This document shows positions 52,289 through 63,000 of a stretch of DNA of 64,000 nucleotides, in pieces. The stretch comes from a plasmid. The stretch is from sequence record NZ_CP118109.1; one strand, written 5' to 3'. The notes beneath the pieces are model-generated. The model did not search any database. It was not told where the DNA came from and saw nothing but the letters and a program-made list of their open reading frames with translations. Numbering within the stretch: the stretch's first letter is position 1; each line of letters starts with the position of its first letter. The position numbers and the translations under genes were made by a program.

Positions 52289-53794
52289 TCACTTCACACT
52301 CACTTTCTCTATAGACTTAAATGCCGTCTTATCTATTATTGCAGAATAGATAGCTCCACCTTCTGTGACGGATTCTTGATTCATAGTTTCTGAATAAGAG
52401 GTTTTTAGTTGCAACTTTCCATCAGCAATTGTTTGATCATTGAGGGTGAATTTGTTTTGATCGCTAGACTGGTTGAAGTCAAAAGAGGTAGTTTCTCCTT
52501 GCGCTGCTCCAGCAGAGATGCTGGCTTTAAATTTTACAAACTTAGTTTGAGGCATCGTTGTAATTGGCTGATATGAATCGAAGTTTATCCCGTCTTCAGA
52601 GCCTGCAACTTGAATATCAACTTCACCTTTACCTTCAATGAGCTTTAATTCTCCGATGTTAGTATAGGAACTTCCGCCGTTGTTGTTAAAACAGTACACC
52701 CGGTAATGAGTATATGCTGTAGAATTATCTACCTTAAAGTCTCTGGAGACAAGATATGCCCAACCTGTTTGATTTTCTTGTTCATCAAGCACTATCCAAT
52801 TCGTTCCATCGTTGCTAGCTTCAAAACGCCAACTTTTTGGAGCACGATGCATTTGGTCGTTTCGGGTTGTAACCATTCGATATTCATTAATAACAATCGG
52901 CTTTGTGAATCTGAATCCAAGCCATTGATTTGTTGTGCCTGCTCCTTGCCATCCCATTGCACTTTCAACCTGGTCAAATGCCTCAATGAGTGCAGCATTT
53001 CCAAAGTAAGATGAGCTTGCAATAATTGTCCCAACTTCATTAGATATTGCTGTCATTGGTGGTGTTGCAATTAATCCTTGTATGCCGACAACCTGCCTTA
53101 TGGTTTCTAAAGTAGAAAGCCATCCTTCTCCAAGATCCAAGATTTCGGACTCCCATGTTCCTTTAGACAGATAAGTGTTTGCGATAGCTCTCTCATACAT
53201 TTTTACACTTCTGAGGGCGATCCTGTAAGTCAAGCCGCTGTACCCTATCATATCAGCCATTTTGTAGTATCGATAGTAGTTCTCATTTACAAAAACATGA
53301 TCATAGCTTGCTGATGCGTTCTGGTTTCCAGAGTAAAGCAAGTCGAAGTTTTCATTGTCATTCGATCCGTACAATTTAAATGATTGTAAATTATAGCTCA
53401 TTCCATTCCAGTTGTAGGTGCTACCATTTATCCAAACTTTTTCTATCCGCTTTTTTTGATCTACTCCAGCATCAAAAGTAATAGAATTTCCAAAGGCGAA
53501 AATAGTTTGATTTACAACATCCCAAGATGGGCCATAACCTTCTCCGATGATTTCGCCAGCTTTTTTTAGTCGAAGAGCGCCTGAGCTATATTCCGCTCCA
53601 TTAAACATGCCACTAGAAAGATCCACGCTTTTTGAACTAATTGCCTTTGCTTTTGCCGCCTGTGCCTCAAGCCAATCCAACCGTGCATCGACGGTTGGGA
53701 AGTGGCTTTCAGCTTGAGGCGCAACAATGCTCTCACTTAGCTCTTTAATCTGATTCATTGCTTGAGTTGCTTTACCAAGTGAAATAATATCCAT
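52289..53794 (-). CDS. Fibre/receptor-binding-like protein, family B paralog 1 (MDIIS N-terminus, 501 aa) with two discoidin-like domains and an embedded family-D-like segment (GTWESEILDLGEGW).
   Basis: Shares the N-terminal MDIISLGKA motif. Contains APKSWRFEASNDGTNW discoidin-like block. Confidence 0.5.
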   Translation of the reverse strand: MDIISLGKATQAMNQIKELSESIVAPQAESHFPTVDARLDWLEAQAAKAKAISSKSVDLSSGMFNGAEYSSGALRLKKAGEIIGEGYGPSWDVVNQTIFAFGNSITFDAGVDQKKRIEKVWINGSTYNWNGMSYNLQSFKLYGSNDNENFDLLYSGNQNASASYDHVFVNENYYRYYKMADMIGYSGLTYRIALRSVKMYERAIANTYLSKGTWESEILDLGEGWLSTLETIRQVVGIQGLIATPPMTAISNEVGTIIASSSYFGNAALIEAFDQVESAMGWQGAGTTNQWLGFRFTKPIVINEYRMVTTRNDQMHRAPKSWRFEASNDGTNWIVLDEQENQTGWAYLVSRDFKVDNSTAYTHYRVYCFNNNGGSSYTNIGELKLIEGKGEVDIQVAGSEDGINFDSYQPITTMPQTKFVKFKASISAGAAQGETTSFDFNQSSDQNKFTLNDQTIADGKLQLKTSYSETMNQESVTEGGAIYSAIIDKTAFKSIEKVSVK

Positions 53795-53809
53795 TGGTGT
53801 CCACCGCCT

Positions 53810-54343
53810 TTATACGATTGTGGTAGTTGTTGAAATACCTGTGATGTTCCCAGTGGCAGAATCATAATTGTAAATCTTTTTGATCGTCACGTTCTTGCCG
53901 CCCGGATCCGTATACTTTTTCTCCGAATAATTCAAGATACCGTTAGCAGCATCCGTATAGACATAATCAATCGTGAAAGCTACATCGCCTGTGACGGTAT
54001 GCTTATTCACGTTACCGCTTGTATCATAACTGAATACCTCATTGAAATTACCGTATTCACCAAGCATATTGATCTTTGTCTTTAGGTCTTGAACGTCAGC
54101 TGTACCTGCAGTTAAATCTTCAATACGCTCTATGACGTTCTTTCCGGTAGACTCTTTATCATCGACCAGGGCTTGAATTAAAGCTTGGTAGGAATCATCC
54201 AATCTCTCGACTGTAATATCCAATCCAAGTTCTTCAATCTTAGCCGCAAGGGTTTCTTTGCCGAAACGAGAGTTCTCAATATCCACCAGAAGCTGTCGAA
54301 TCTCAAACGCCAGGTCTTCTCGTAATATTTTAGTAGTTGCCAT
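53810..54343 (-). CDS. Hypothetical 177-aa tail/baseplate-associated protein.
   Basis: ORF in the operon with the SD GGAGGGAAT. No recognisable motif. Confidence 0.4.
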   Translation of the reverse strand: MATTKILREDLAFEIRQLLVDIENSRFGKETLAAKIEELGLDITVERLDDSYQALIQALVDDKESTGKNVIERIEDLTAGTADVQDLKTKINMLGEYGNFNEVFSYDTSGNVNKHTVTGDVAFTIDYVYTDAANGILNYSEKKYTDPGGKNVTIKKIYNYDSATGNITGISTTTTIV

Positions 54344-54357
54344 TGCTTATTCCCTCC

Positions 54358-54942
54358 TTATGCGTTCACATATAGTAAGTCGTAGTTCACAAGAATTTTG
54401 GCATTTATCGGGGGCGCCTCTACCATAGTGATCTTGTTTCCTTCGATCACATAGTCCTCTTCTTCCCCACGGTCACGCAGTATGCCGTTTAAAAACACCA
54501 GTTCTGTATTGTCTCTTGGCGTTCGGCTCAAGAAAAATATCTTGTTCACTCCATCTATGACACCGATTGGTTTCTCACGATAGGCATGGAAATGATCGAC
54601 TACATATGCAACACCCTGCCCTTTGCCTGCCATGCGAAGCTCGACTATATCACCGTCTACAAGTGGCTCTAGGAATCGTATCGTGTTCTGATCAAATTCA
54701 ACGTAGTCGCCATTGAATAGTACAGGGTCAACAGTAGGGACTGCCTTTTGACCATTGAGGAAGACAAGCAACTCTCCATCGCCAGGCTGATATGGCTTGC
54801 CTACGGGAATATCTTTCTGTCCTGATTGGGGCGTAACAAACTCATAATATGGTTTTCCAATCCCATTTAACTGCTCAGCTAAGCTGCTCTGCTCCGGATC
54901 TTGTGACCGGACCTGCTCTACACGAATGCGATGGATCGCCAT
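54358..54942 (-). CDS. Hypothetical 194-aa baseplate-module protein with an internal duplication (LLVFLNGQKAV...DYVEF and LVFLNGILRD...DYVIE).
   Basis: Located directly downstream of the baseplate-J-like gene. The duplication is visible by eye. Confidence 0.4.
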   Translation of the reverse strand: MAIHRIRVEQVRSQDPEQSSLAEQLNGIGKPYYEFVTPQSGQKDIPVGKPYQPGDGELLVFLNGQKAVPTVDPVLFNGDYVEFDQNTIRFLEPLVDGDIVELRMAGKGQGVAYVVDHFHAYREKPIGVIDGVNKIFFLSRTPRDNTELVFLNGILRDRGEEEDYVIEGNKITMVEAPPINAKILVNYDLLYVNA

Positions 54943-54993
54943 GTATATTCCACCTTTCTGTTTAGTTTAGTACATTATACCGAACCAAACAAC

Positions 54994-55842
54994 CTATTCT
55001 ATTACGATGTCTATCGGTGTTAATAGCTCATCTTCTAGGATGCTTTGATTCGTAAGCAAAGCAGGTTCATCATTCAGGTAAAACTTCTGAACTGTGAAGT
55101 CTGCCACTTTTCTGTCAATGTCCATCACCTGCTGAACAAAATCGTTATAAACAAATCCTTGGCCTAGATCGAAATTGCCAAAATACTTAATCAATTCGCC
55201 TCTAAGACTGATTCGAATTTGCTCTCGTTCAGATGTAGTTGCCAGATCGCTAAAGCTAATTTGCAGCCTTAACTCCAAGTTAACTGATGCAGGGAAAACT
55301 ATGTTTGGTCGAATACCAAAACATTTTGTCTTATCAATTGCATCCTCTACACCAGCCATGATCTGAGACAAGCTAAATCCGTATTGCGGGATAATTGTAA
55401 AGCTAAAGCTTCCTGTGCCGTGCGTGTATTCTTTTCCGATGCAGTCGGCCACTCCCGGCACTGTCAGGATAATTAAGCGAAGTGCCGCATAATTTCCCGA
55501 AGCTGCAACAAGCACTTGCTGAGATATCTCATACCGGTACGTCTCTTTATCAAGTGGAGCTGTGGTTATTGAGCCATCACTGTTTACCGTCTCAACCATT
55601 CGACGAGGATAGCTGAATAATGCACCGATCAGATCAAGGTACTCATCGTCAGCCTTGCTTAGAAAGCCCATGTTTAATGTTTCTTCCGCAAAGTCATACA
55701 GATTAGGAAACTCATCCTTCATGGACTCCAATAGGGCTCGTGCAATGGCTCCTGGCTTATAGTTCGTTATTGGCGTATTTCTTGATAGTATTGTCATTGC
55801 ATCTGAAAGAACTTCATTTGCAGTACGTTTAATTAACGCCAT
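54994..55842 (-). CDS. Baseplate J-like (gp6/gpJ family) protein, 282 aa.
   Basis: The N-terminal YKPGAIARALLESMKDEF...DEYLDLIGALFSYPRR pattern resembles the Baseplate_J family. Its position in the module relative to the spike-like gene is consistent. Confidence 0.45.
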   Translation of the reverse strand: MALIKRTANEVLSDAMTILSRNTPITNYKPGAIARALLESMKDEFPNLYDFAEETLNMGFLSKADDEYLDLIGALFSYPRRMVETVNSDGSITTAPLDKETYRYEISQQVLVAASGNYAALRLIILTVPGVADCIGKEYTHGTGSFSFTIIPQYGFSLSQIMAGVEDAIDKTKCFGIRPNIVFPASVNLELRLQISFSDLATTSEREQIRISLRGELIKYFGNFDLGQGFVYNDFVQQVMDIDRKVADFTVQKFYLNDEPALLTNQSILEDELLTPIDIVIE

Positions 55843-55857
55843 TTATTTTTCACCTCC

Positions 55858-56268
55858 TTATAGATCAGTGCTTTGGTTTACAACGATCGGCGCATCTTCT
55901 CCAGCGTCAACAAAACAAAAGAAGTCGATAGTATAGATATCGATCGGTACCGCCCTAACTTCAACATCGCTTGCAGCAAATCTTCCATCATAAGTTAAAG
56001 TCTGCAGCAGCTGTGAGACGCCCTGGTTTGCCGTATCTCGCGTGTTTGGCTCTCCTTCTAGCAACTCTAGGTCGCCGCCTATCTGAGGGTGAGAACGCCA
56101 ATCTCCGGTCTGTGTACGGGCACGGTTGCTAATATCCTGACGTGCGGATTCATAGTCAGCAGTCATAAGCAGATCGACTAGACCATCTGCATCAGGTTGA
56201 CCGGCTATGATGTCGCCATCTATGCCTTCTCCGTAAAAAGAGATATCCTTCTCGTTATATTTCGCCAT
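55858..56268 (-). CDS. Small 136-aa acidic baseplate-module protein (a possible wedge / gp25-like position).
   Basis: Synteny only. Its start overlaps the upstream stop. Confidence 0.35.
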   Translation of the reverse strand: MAKYNEKDISFYGEGIDGDIIAGQPDADGLVDLLMTADYESARQDISNRARTQTGDWRSHPQIGGDLELLEGEPNTRDTANQGVSQLLQTLTYDGRFAASDVEVRAVPIDIYTIDFFCFVDAGEDAPIVVNQSTDL

Positions 56269-56731
56269 TGTTATTCCCGCCTATCATGTTCAGAATCTCT
56301 TCGTATTCGTCATTAATCGGATTGAACTCCTGCGATCCGCTGACTACTTTAAAGTCGTCTGTGAACATTCGAATCTTGGGCGCGTACATGCCAAAAGTCA
56401 TCGTTGCAGGATCAAGCCTGAATCCGAGATTGTAATACGAAAAACCCTCTAAAACACCATTGTCCCGCGCTAGAATCCCAGCGCCGGACGTGTCATTGAT
56501 AATACCTACATCTGCATTTTTAGCTTGTGATGATTGCTCAACCATTTCATCAATATTCTGATCACTGCTCATCATAAGACCTTCTAGCTTAGCCATCCAA
56601 TTTTGCAATGCATTACACCCCCAAACTACTAAAGAAGTCGGATACACGAAACTTAAGATTATTCCAGAAGAGATCAAGCTGCCCTGGCTCTCGATAGTAT
56701 CCTGTGACGATTGGCTGTTTGCGATCGCCAT
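56255..56731 (-). CDS. Small baseplate-module protein. The track ORF is 158 aa and overlaps the upstream gene by 119 nt. The real start may be the internal ATG at about 56596 (MAKLEG..., 113 aa).
   Basis: The track ORF overlaps the 3' end of the 56613 ORF in the +1 frame. There is no strong SD for either start. Confidence 0.35.
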   Translation of the reverse strand: MAIANSQSSQDTIESQGSLISSGIILSFVYPTSLVVWGCNALQNWMAKLEGLMMSSDQNIDEMVEQSSQAKNADVGIINDTSGAGILARDNGVLEGFSYYNLGFRLDPATMTFGMYAPKIRMFTDDFKVVSGSQEFNPINDEYEEILNMIGGNNNGEI

Positions 56732-57005
56732 TTATAAATTGAACCCATACCCTATCATTCTTTTCGAGCCCTTTATCAATGACCCCTTGAGAATACACAA
56801 AGCATGGCACTCCATAATACTTAATCGTCCGACTTCCGTTAGGCACATCAATATCAACGGTATGCCTGAGCTCTTTTGAGATACTAGAAGCGTTCGGATA
56901 ATACTCTGTTACATAGCCGATCAGCCCCGAAGTGCTCTTATCAAGAGCACTTTCAGTTCCCTGTTGGCTGATTCTTCGGCTGACATTCCCCTGTTCCATT
57001 GGCAT
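56613..57005 (-). CDS. Baseplate spike / gpV-like OB-fold protein, 130 aa.
   Basis: DRVWVQFINGDRKQPIVTGY matches the G.RV.V.F..GD...P.V.G signature of P2 gpV / Mu gp45-type spike proteins. It lies immediately downstream of the giant lysin-bearing gene. Confidence 0.4.
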   Translation of the reverse strand: MPMEQGNVSRRISQQGTESALDKSTSGLIGYVTEYYPNASSISKELRHTVDIDVPNGSRTIKYYGVPCFVYSQGVIDKGLEKNDRVWVQFINGDRKQPIVTGYYREPGQLDLFWNNLKFRVSDFFSSLGV

Positions 57006-57018
57006 AGCTTGTCACTCC

Positions 57019-60000
57019 TTAATTCGAACGCGGATACGATAAATGCAAGTGGTTGTAATGATCGTTCCGCTGTTGAATGGTTACGTTTGGATACTTCGAT
57101 TTCATTTCGGCTATAACATCTACGTCTCCATGAATGACGCCGCCGAATCCGACTTGAATGGCCAGTTCACAAAGAACCCTTAGATTCTCTTTATCCTTAC
57201 TGCCCTTAGCAAATCGAACCTTTCCTCCAATGTATCCTGCATTTGGTGTATCAATATCTACACCGTAGCCGGTACCATGCCAGTTCTTATCTCCCTCACG
57301 GAACGCGCTCGTAATGCAGATTGTTTCTCCGGTCTTCTGCTTATATGCTTTCCCTAGTGCTTCAAGGAGATCGTAACTAGCTTGACGGATATAAGGTGAA
57401 GAAGTCACCATGGTTAGCCTCATATTCGTTAGTGGTTGCTTCTTAATATTGATACAAGCAGCCGCCGCTTCGGAAGATGATTTTAGACGATACTTCGCTT
57501 TCCCTTCATTTCCGTATACGACCGGCTTTTCTCCTTTAGTCTGTGCACCATTCACAACCGAAGGAGCTTGGAAGCTCGGATCATAGGAAGCGATCTTCGC
57601 CATGACACCTGCAATACCTTTAGCCCAATTCTTGTCTGTAGCATATTTGATATTCATGCCCTCAAGCGTTGGTCCGTTATAGTACTTTCCGCCAGGCGTT
57701 AGATAATTATCTTTAATCTTATTGGCTGCATAGTTCACACAATCCGCAGGACTTGCGAAGGTATATGCACTCTCGTAAGGACTACTGTCATAAGCCCCAT
57801 AACCAAACAGATTGTTCTTATCTCTAAATATTCGTGATGTTCCCCAGCCGGTTTCCCATGCAGCGTGTGCTGCTAGATAGAGCGCATTGATTACTCGTCC
57901 GCCTTCATTTGGGGATTCAATTACGTCTGCCAATGGCGATGGAGCTGCAGGAATCCTGCTTTCCAGGTCAACGAAAATCTTGCCGAGTCCGGCTAGTTTT
58001 CCTTTCCCGGCAAAAGCTCTGTCTATCGCTTCTGCGGATATGCCGCTTGGCTTATTTAAATCCAGTGTTTCAAAACTTGTTCCGTCCGCATTGCTAGCTG
58101 CGCCAAATGCGTTCTGCAAATCCTGCATCGTCAGTAGATCGGAATCTTCCTCTGGGTAGGATGCGCCTCTTTCATTCTCTTCATCGTTCTCGGCAAGCTG
58201 CCCTTGCATTGCAGCACTGGCTTCTTTTCTGTCGATCTCGTATTGATCGGCAACTGATTGATTAAATAAGACCGGTTTGCGATGAGCTTCAAAGAAGTTT
58301 TTGGCGAATGTATTCATGTCAATCTGGCTATTGCTTGTTCCAGAATCGAGTGCCATATTGTACATGTCATCCATGCTTCCAGCATTTACTGCGCCGTATC
58401 GGCTTACATCTGCACCAAGGAATCCAAGCAAGACGGATCCTACAGGCCCTGTGAGTATTCTTTGCCATGTGTCTGGCGAATCCCCAATGACTGAACCTTG
58501 GTGTCCGTTGATGCCGGCTGAGAACTCCACCCCTTCTTTACGAAGAGTGGCAATAATAACTGCCTGTCGAGTAAACAAGAATCGCTCAACCCATTCAGAG
58601 ATTCCTCGGGTGATTACTTCTGTTATGGCAAACTCAACAGCGAACCCAATCCATCCAACCGGACCTAGAGCTGCAGCTCCGATACCCAAGATACCTTGAA
58701 CACCTCTGCGCCCCCATTTGGCTCCCTTGCCAAGGAACTTGGCCGAAGAGAATACGGCTTCAGAGGCAATATTCTTCAGCTTAGCAATTTTATTTAAGTC
58801 AACTCTATCATATCGCAGAAACCGTCGATTAGACAAAGCGCCGTCCAGCTTCTCAAAGAGATTCTGGCCATCCTTAAAGGTGAAGCCTTCGATTTTCGAC
58901 ATCAAATCTTTTAATAGTCCGCTTTTTTCCCATCTCTTTTTCATTTGGGTAGATACCGGATGGTATTCGCGAACTTCGCCTGTGATAGGATCGACCTCGT
59001 AGATTGGACCTGATCCACCTTTGTAGTCTGTCGTGTTGCTACTATTGATCGCATCCGTTGCCTTCTTATAGAGTGAAGATGCTTTGCTCCTCATCCAGCT
59101 GGAATCCCACTTACCCATCATGGCATTATATCGACGTTTAGTGGACGCCCAAAGCGCGTTCATGATTGGCATGGTTCCTTGATAGCCCCGATTTCTCATC
59201 ATGTTTCTCAGCAAGATAAGTGTGAAAGCTTGTAAGGCTGCCGAGCCTGCTGTAATCCATAGCCTTGTCATCTTGGTATCCGAATTGACTACACACGCAT
59301 CCGGCTTGATCATTGTAATGTAGCCGACATCAAAATTCATGATGTGGGTGACTTCTCTAACTTCAAGCGGACCACTCATATCTGTATAAGTGTCATATAG
59401 ATAGATCTGATCATGTGGCTTCACGGATGGATCGCCCATTACCGTAAGGTATCCGTCATACATCTCTTTGACCATATCTCGCAAACCGGCTGCCGCAATG
59501 CGAATTGCTGTGTACTCATCGAAATACCACTTGAACGGTTTATTTAGGAAGTGTCCGATCAGAGGGATATTCTCTATCAGGCGAACACCTTGAAGATTGA
59601 GCTGAGTGTCAATCTGAGCCGTGCGTTGTTTTTCTGGCCAGATATTTGTATCTACATAAATGAAATCTGTTGTATCCATTTTTCCTTCATCATAGTAGAC
59701 CCCTTGTGCCACCGTGTACATATTCTCATCCGTAGCTGTGATGCCGTTATCAATGATGCTTGTCCAGCTATCATAAATATGGACCTGACGGAATGGCTTA
59801 CGAAGAATCTGGATTCCTTCAAAGTCGGATTCATCATCAGATAATTTGAATTTGAAAGGATTAAATCCATAGTCGCTCTCAGCAGCATTGATCCCTTCTT
59901 CTGATGGTACGAGCAAGTACTCATATCCAATAGGGAAGTATGGCTTACCATGGAAAATGGTATTTCGGAAATCGAATGGATGCACTGCAACAATAAAATC

Positions 60001-63000
60001 TTCTCCAACAGACGCTGTGATATTAAGGACATCCCATACGGTTTTATCGTAGAGGTTAATATTAATCCCTGTTTCATCACTATCGCCTATACCGAAGAAA
60101 TCCCCGAGCTTACTCCAGAAGCCGTTTTGTTCCTGCTTGTACTGTCCTGTAGTCTCGTAGATGTTCATGGTGATTTCATTCTGAGGACGATTTGCCAGCT
60201 CCCACCGCCAGAAGTAGTTAATCGGTTTGCCAGGCATCCCGAAATGCATAATCCCGAGGGAGTGCTGAGCATAAGCAGCGTTACTTAATCTATTCGCATA
60301 GAAGTTCATCAGCGCACCTTGGTTATCTGTAAGCAAGGAGTCGATGATTTCTGTCGGTTCTTGTGTGCTGTAAATGAACCCTCTGGTCTGTTCATCCGGT
60401 TTCGCCTTCAGCTTGTTCGTTAGCTCAATTCCGTCATCCTGAGCCACAATAGTAACCGTGTCGCCATTGTTCTGAACCTGTGTGACTACACCATTCATCA
60501 TCGTTGGCATATTCATTGGATTGCTTCCATATCCCATACGGAAATGAATGCGTGCTCCTGTGCGCAGATACATAGACTTATACCAAGACGTATCCGAGTA
60601 TCGGGAGTTCCCCATCAGATCTTCTGTTCGTCCGATTCCAATCCGGTTGCTTTCCGCTTCTCTTGCGGCGTTCCCAGGAATGAAGAGTGCCTGCATTAGG
60701 TCGCCTGTACTGGTATGCGTCAAGTCAGTAGACTTAATTGCATCCGTGAGCTTGCCGAACACATTGGCCATTTCCATAACGAGTGTACTGGATGCCAGCT
60801 TTCGGCTATTCGTATAGGTGATATCTGTTACAGCTCGGTACCCGAAGAACTGATCAGACATCTTAACAGCGCCCATAAATTGACCCTCATCAACAAACAT
60901 CAGAAAGAATGTAGGAAAGGCACGTATCAGACGTCCTCTGCGATCATACTTTATTGTGTCGTGATACATCTCCTTGAGCGTTGTCTGGTCATCCATAAAA
61001 TCACTCTCGTCGAGGATCTTTTCTTTAAAGGTTGGCTCTGCACTATTCATGCTAACAGATTTATAATCTGCGACCGGCAGCTTAGAGTAATCTGCATCAA
61101 TCGTGGAGCTTACCTGCAGTGCTTCAATATTCTTTAGAATCTTCTTAATAAGTGTAGTTACATTTGCCGGCATTTTCTTATTGGAGCTTGCCAACAAATT
61201 ATATTCTCTTGCATAACCAAGATAGGCACATAATGCGTTAACCCATTTGGTTCTAGCTTTGTCCGTAAGACCGAATGCCGCCGCAACATTATCGTTTGGC
61301 GCTTGCACTGAGGCACGTTCCAAATAGTACTTAAGTGAAGCGATGCCTTGCTCCACATTATATTCAATGTTGTTGGCCAGACCGTTTGGCTCGCCCATCA
61401 CAGGGCTTACTCTCATGACACCAATATACTTTGCATTACGCAAGTAATTCGTATCTTTGAAGTATTTCATTTCCTGATTCATCATGATTGGCGTATTGGC
61501 TGCTGTTACCGTGATACCACCAAGGTCCTTGTTAGCCCCTTCGCCCACGCTGTAAAACTGCCGAAGCTTCGAATCGAATGACTTGGCCAGTGCTACGCAA
61601 AGTCTTTGATCAAGCCCTTGATCCTTGGCTTTCTTGCGGATAATTGTCTCCACATCAGCTGCTGTCATGTTTGCCGTATCAGTTGAATCCGGTGCAGGTG
61701 TCATTGCACTTGCATTTTTGATTAATAGTTTTTCCCGTTCAATCGCGGCTGCCGTATTATCATCTGGTATAATGGCGCTGCCTTTTACCTCTCCCTTACC
61801 GCCCATATAGTCTCTTACTTCGGCAGTCATTTCTCCTTCGTCAAACAGTTTGCCTACCTGCTCTCCAAAGTCTATCGGGTCTGAATAGATGAGGAAGAAG
61901 TCCGGATCAACATAGATGCCGTCATTCAGGTTCCTGATTTCAAATCCTGCGGCAGCCACTTGAGCATAGGTGGGCAATTCAAGGTCTGGATATACTTCTA
62001 CGCCCTTCATCATTTCTTTGACTTGCTGATCATATACGGCTTTCTTTCTTACGTCTAAGCTCATGAATCCGCCAAAAGGATCTTCTCTAAGCCATGCCTT
62101 ATCATCAAGATTCCACCAAGCTCTATCTGCCCATCCGATTTGCCAGTCTACGCCCTTAGAAAGCCACTCCGTTTCTGCAATACGACGCTGTGCCCGATTG
62201 TACGAACTCATTGTCAGCGTAATCCTGTGAGCTCCTGGTTGTCCTTCGACTGTTGTCGTTTGAAGATCTTCGATGATCATATATCTTGCGCCGAACAAAC
62301 GAGCGATCTGATGGTCGAACTGAATGAAGCCATTGGATACTTCACGATGATACTCGCGCGCCAGATAGTTCGTTCTCTGAACAAGTGAGGTCATTGCGCC
62401 CAAAGCCTCATCATCTTCAGCAAAGAATTGAAGAACGAACAGCGTGTCTTGTGAACCTAGGTATTCATGCGTTGGTGATTCGTGCATTTGCAGCTGCACT
62501 GGTGTAATTACATTTTCATATCCTACACTTACATGCTCCAAGGTAAGCCCTGGTATATCCCAGTTCTCCATGAAGATATTCATCTCGCTAATGACTTTAT
62601 CTTTTTCTCGGTCGCCTCGATACATCTCTCCGATAATATCTCTGAATATCTCTTCATCTTTCTCATCCCTGAATGAACCCTCCCATACCGGAAGGCCGTC
62701 TTCGTCATAGCTGACAGTTTCACTTGTCCGTTTAGGCATTGGCACGCCGTCGATCCACTCATAGTCACCTTCGCTAAAACCCGACTGATCCATATCTTCT
62801 TGATAGGCGTGAATAAGCTTGTTACGGCTTTTTCTCCATTTACGGATGAATTGAAGGTCTTCTTCAGAAGCAACTTTAAAAATATACTCATTGTTTAAAT
62901 CAGTCTGTAGTGGCTCGTAATAAATGATAAGATTGGCCGGATCTGGTTTTAGATTGCGCTGATAATGCCAGCGGAATAATGGCCAGTTAAACATTTCATC

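Noticed and set aside
39414-53794. Diversity-generating retroelement targeting the lectin-like fibre domains.
   Set aside because: No reverse transcriptase ORF was found. No near-identical template/variable repeat pair with adenine-specific differences was seen. The paralogs are divergent (about 75% nucleotide identity at best at conserved ends).
56613-56731. Programmed translational frameshift joining the two overlapping baseplate ORFs.
   Set aside because: The required shift is +1. No slippery heptamer or rare-codon context is evident. A downstream internal ATG start is the simpler explanation, so this is kept only as a low-interest finding.
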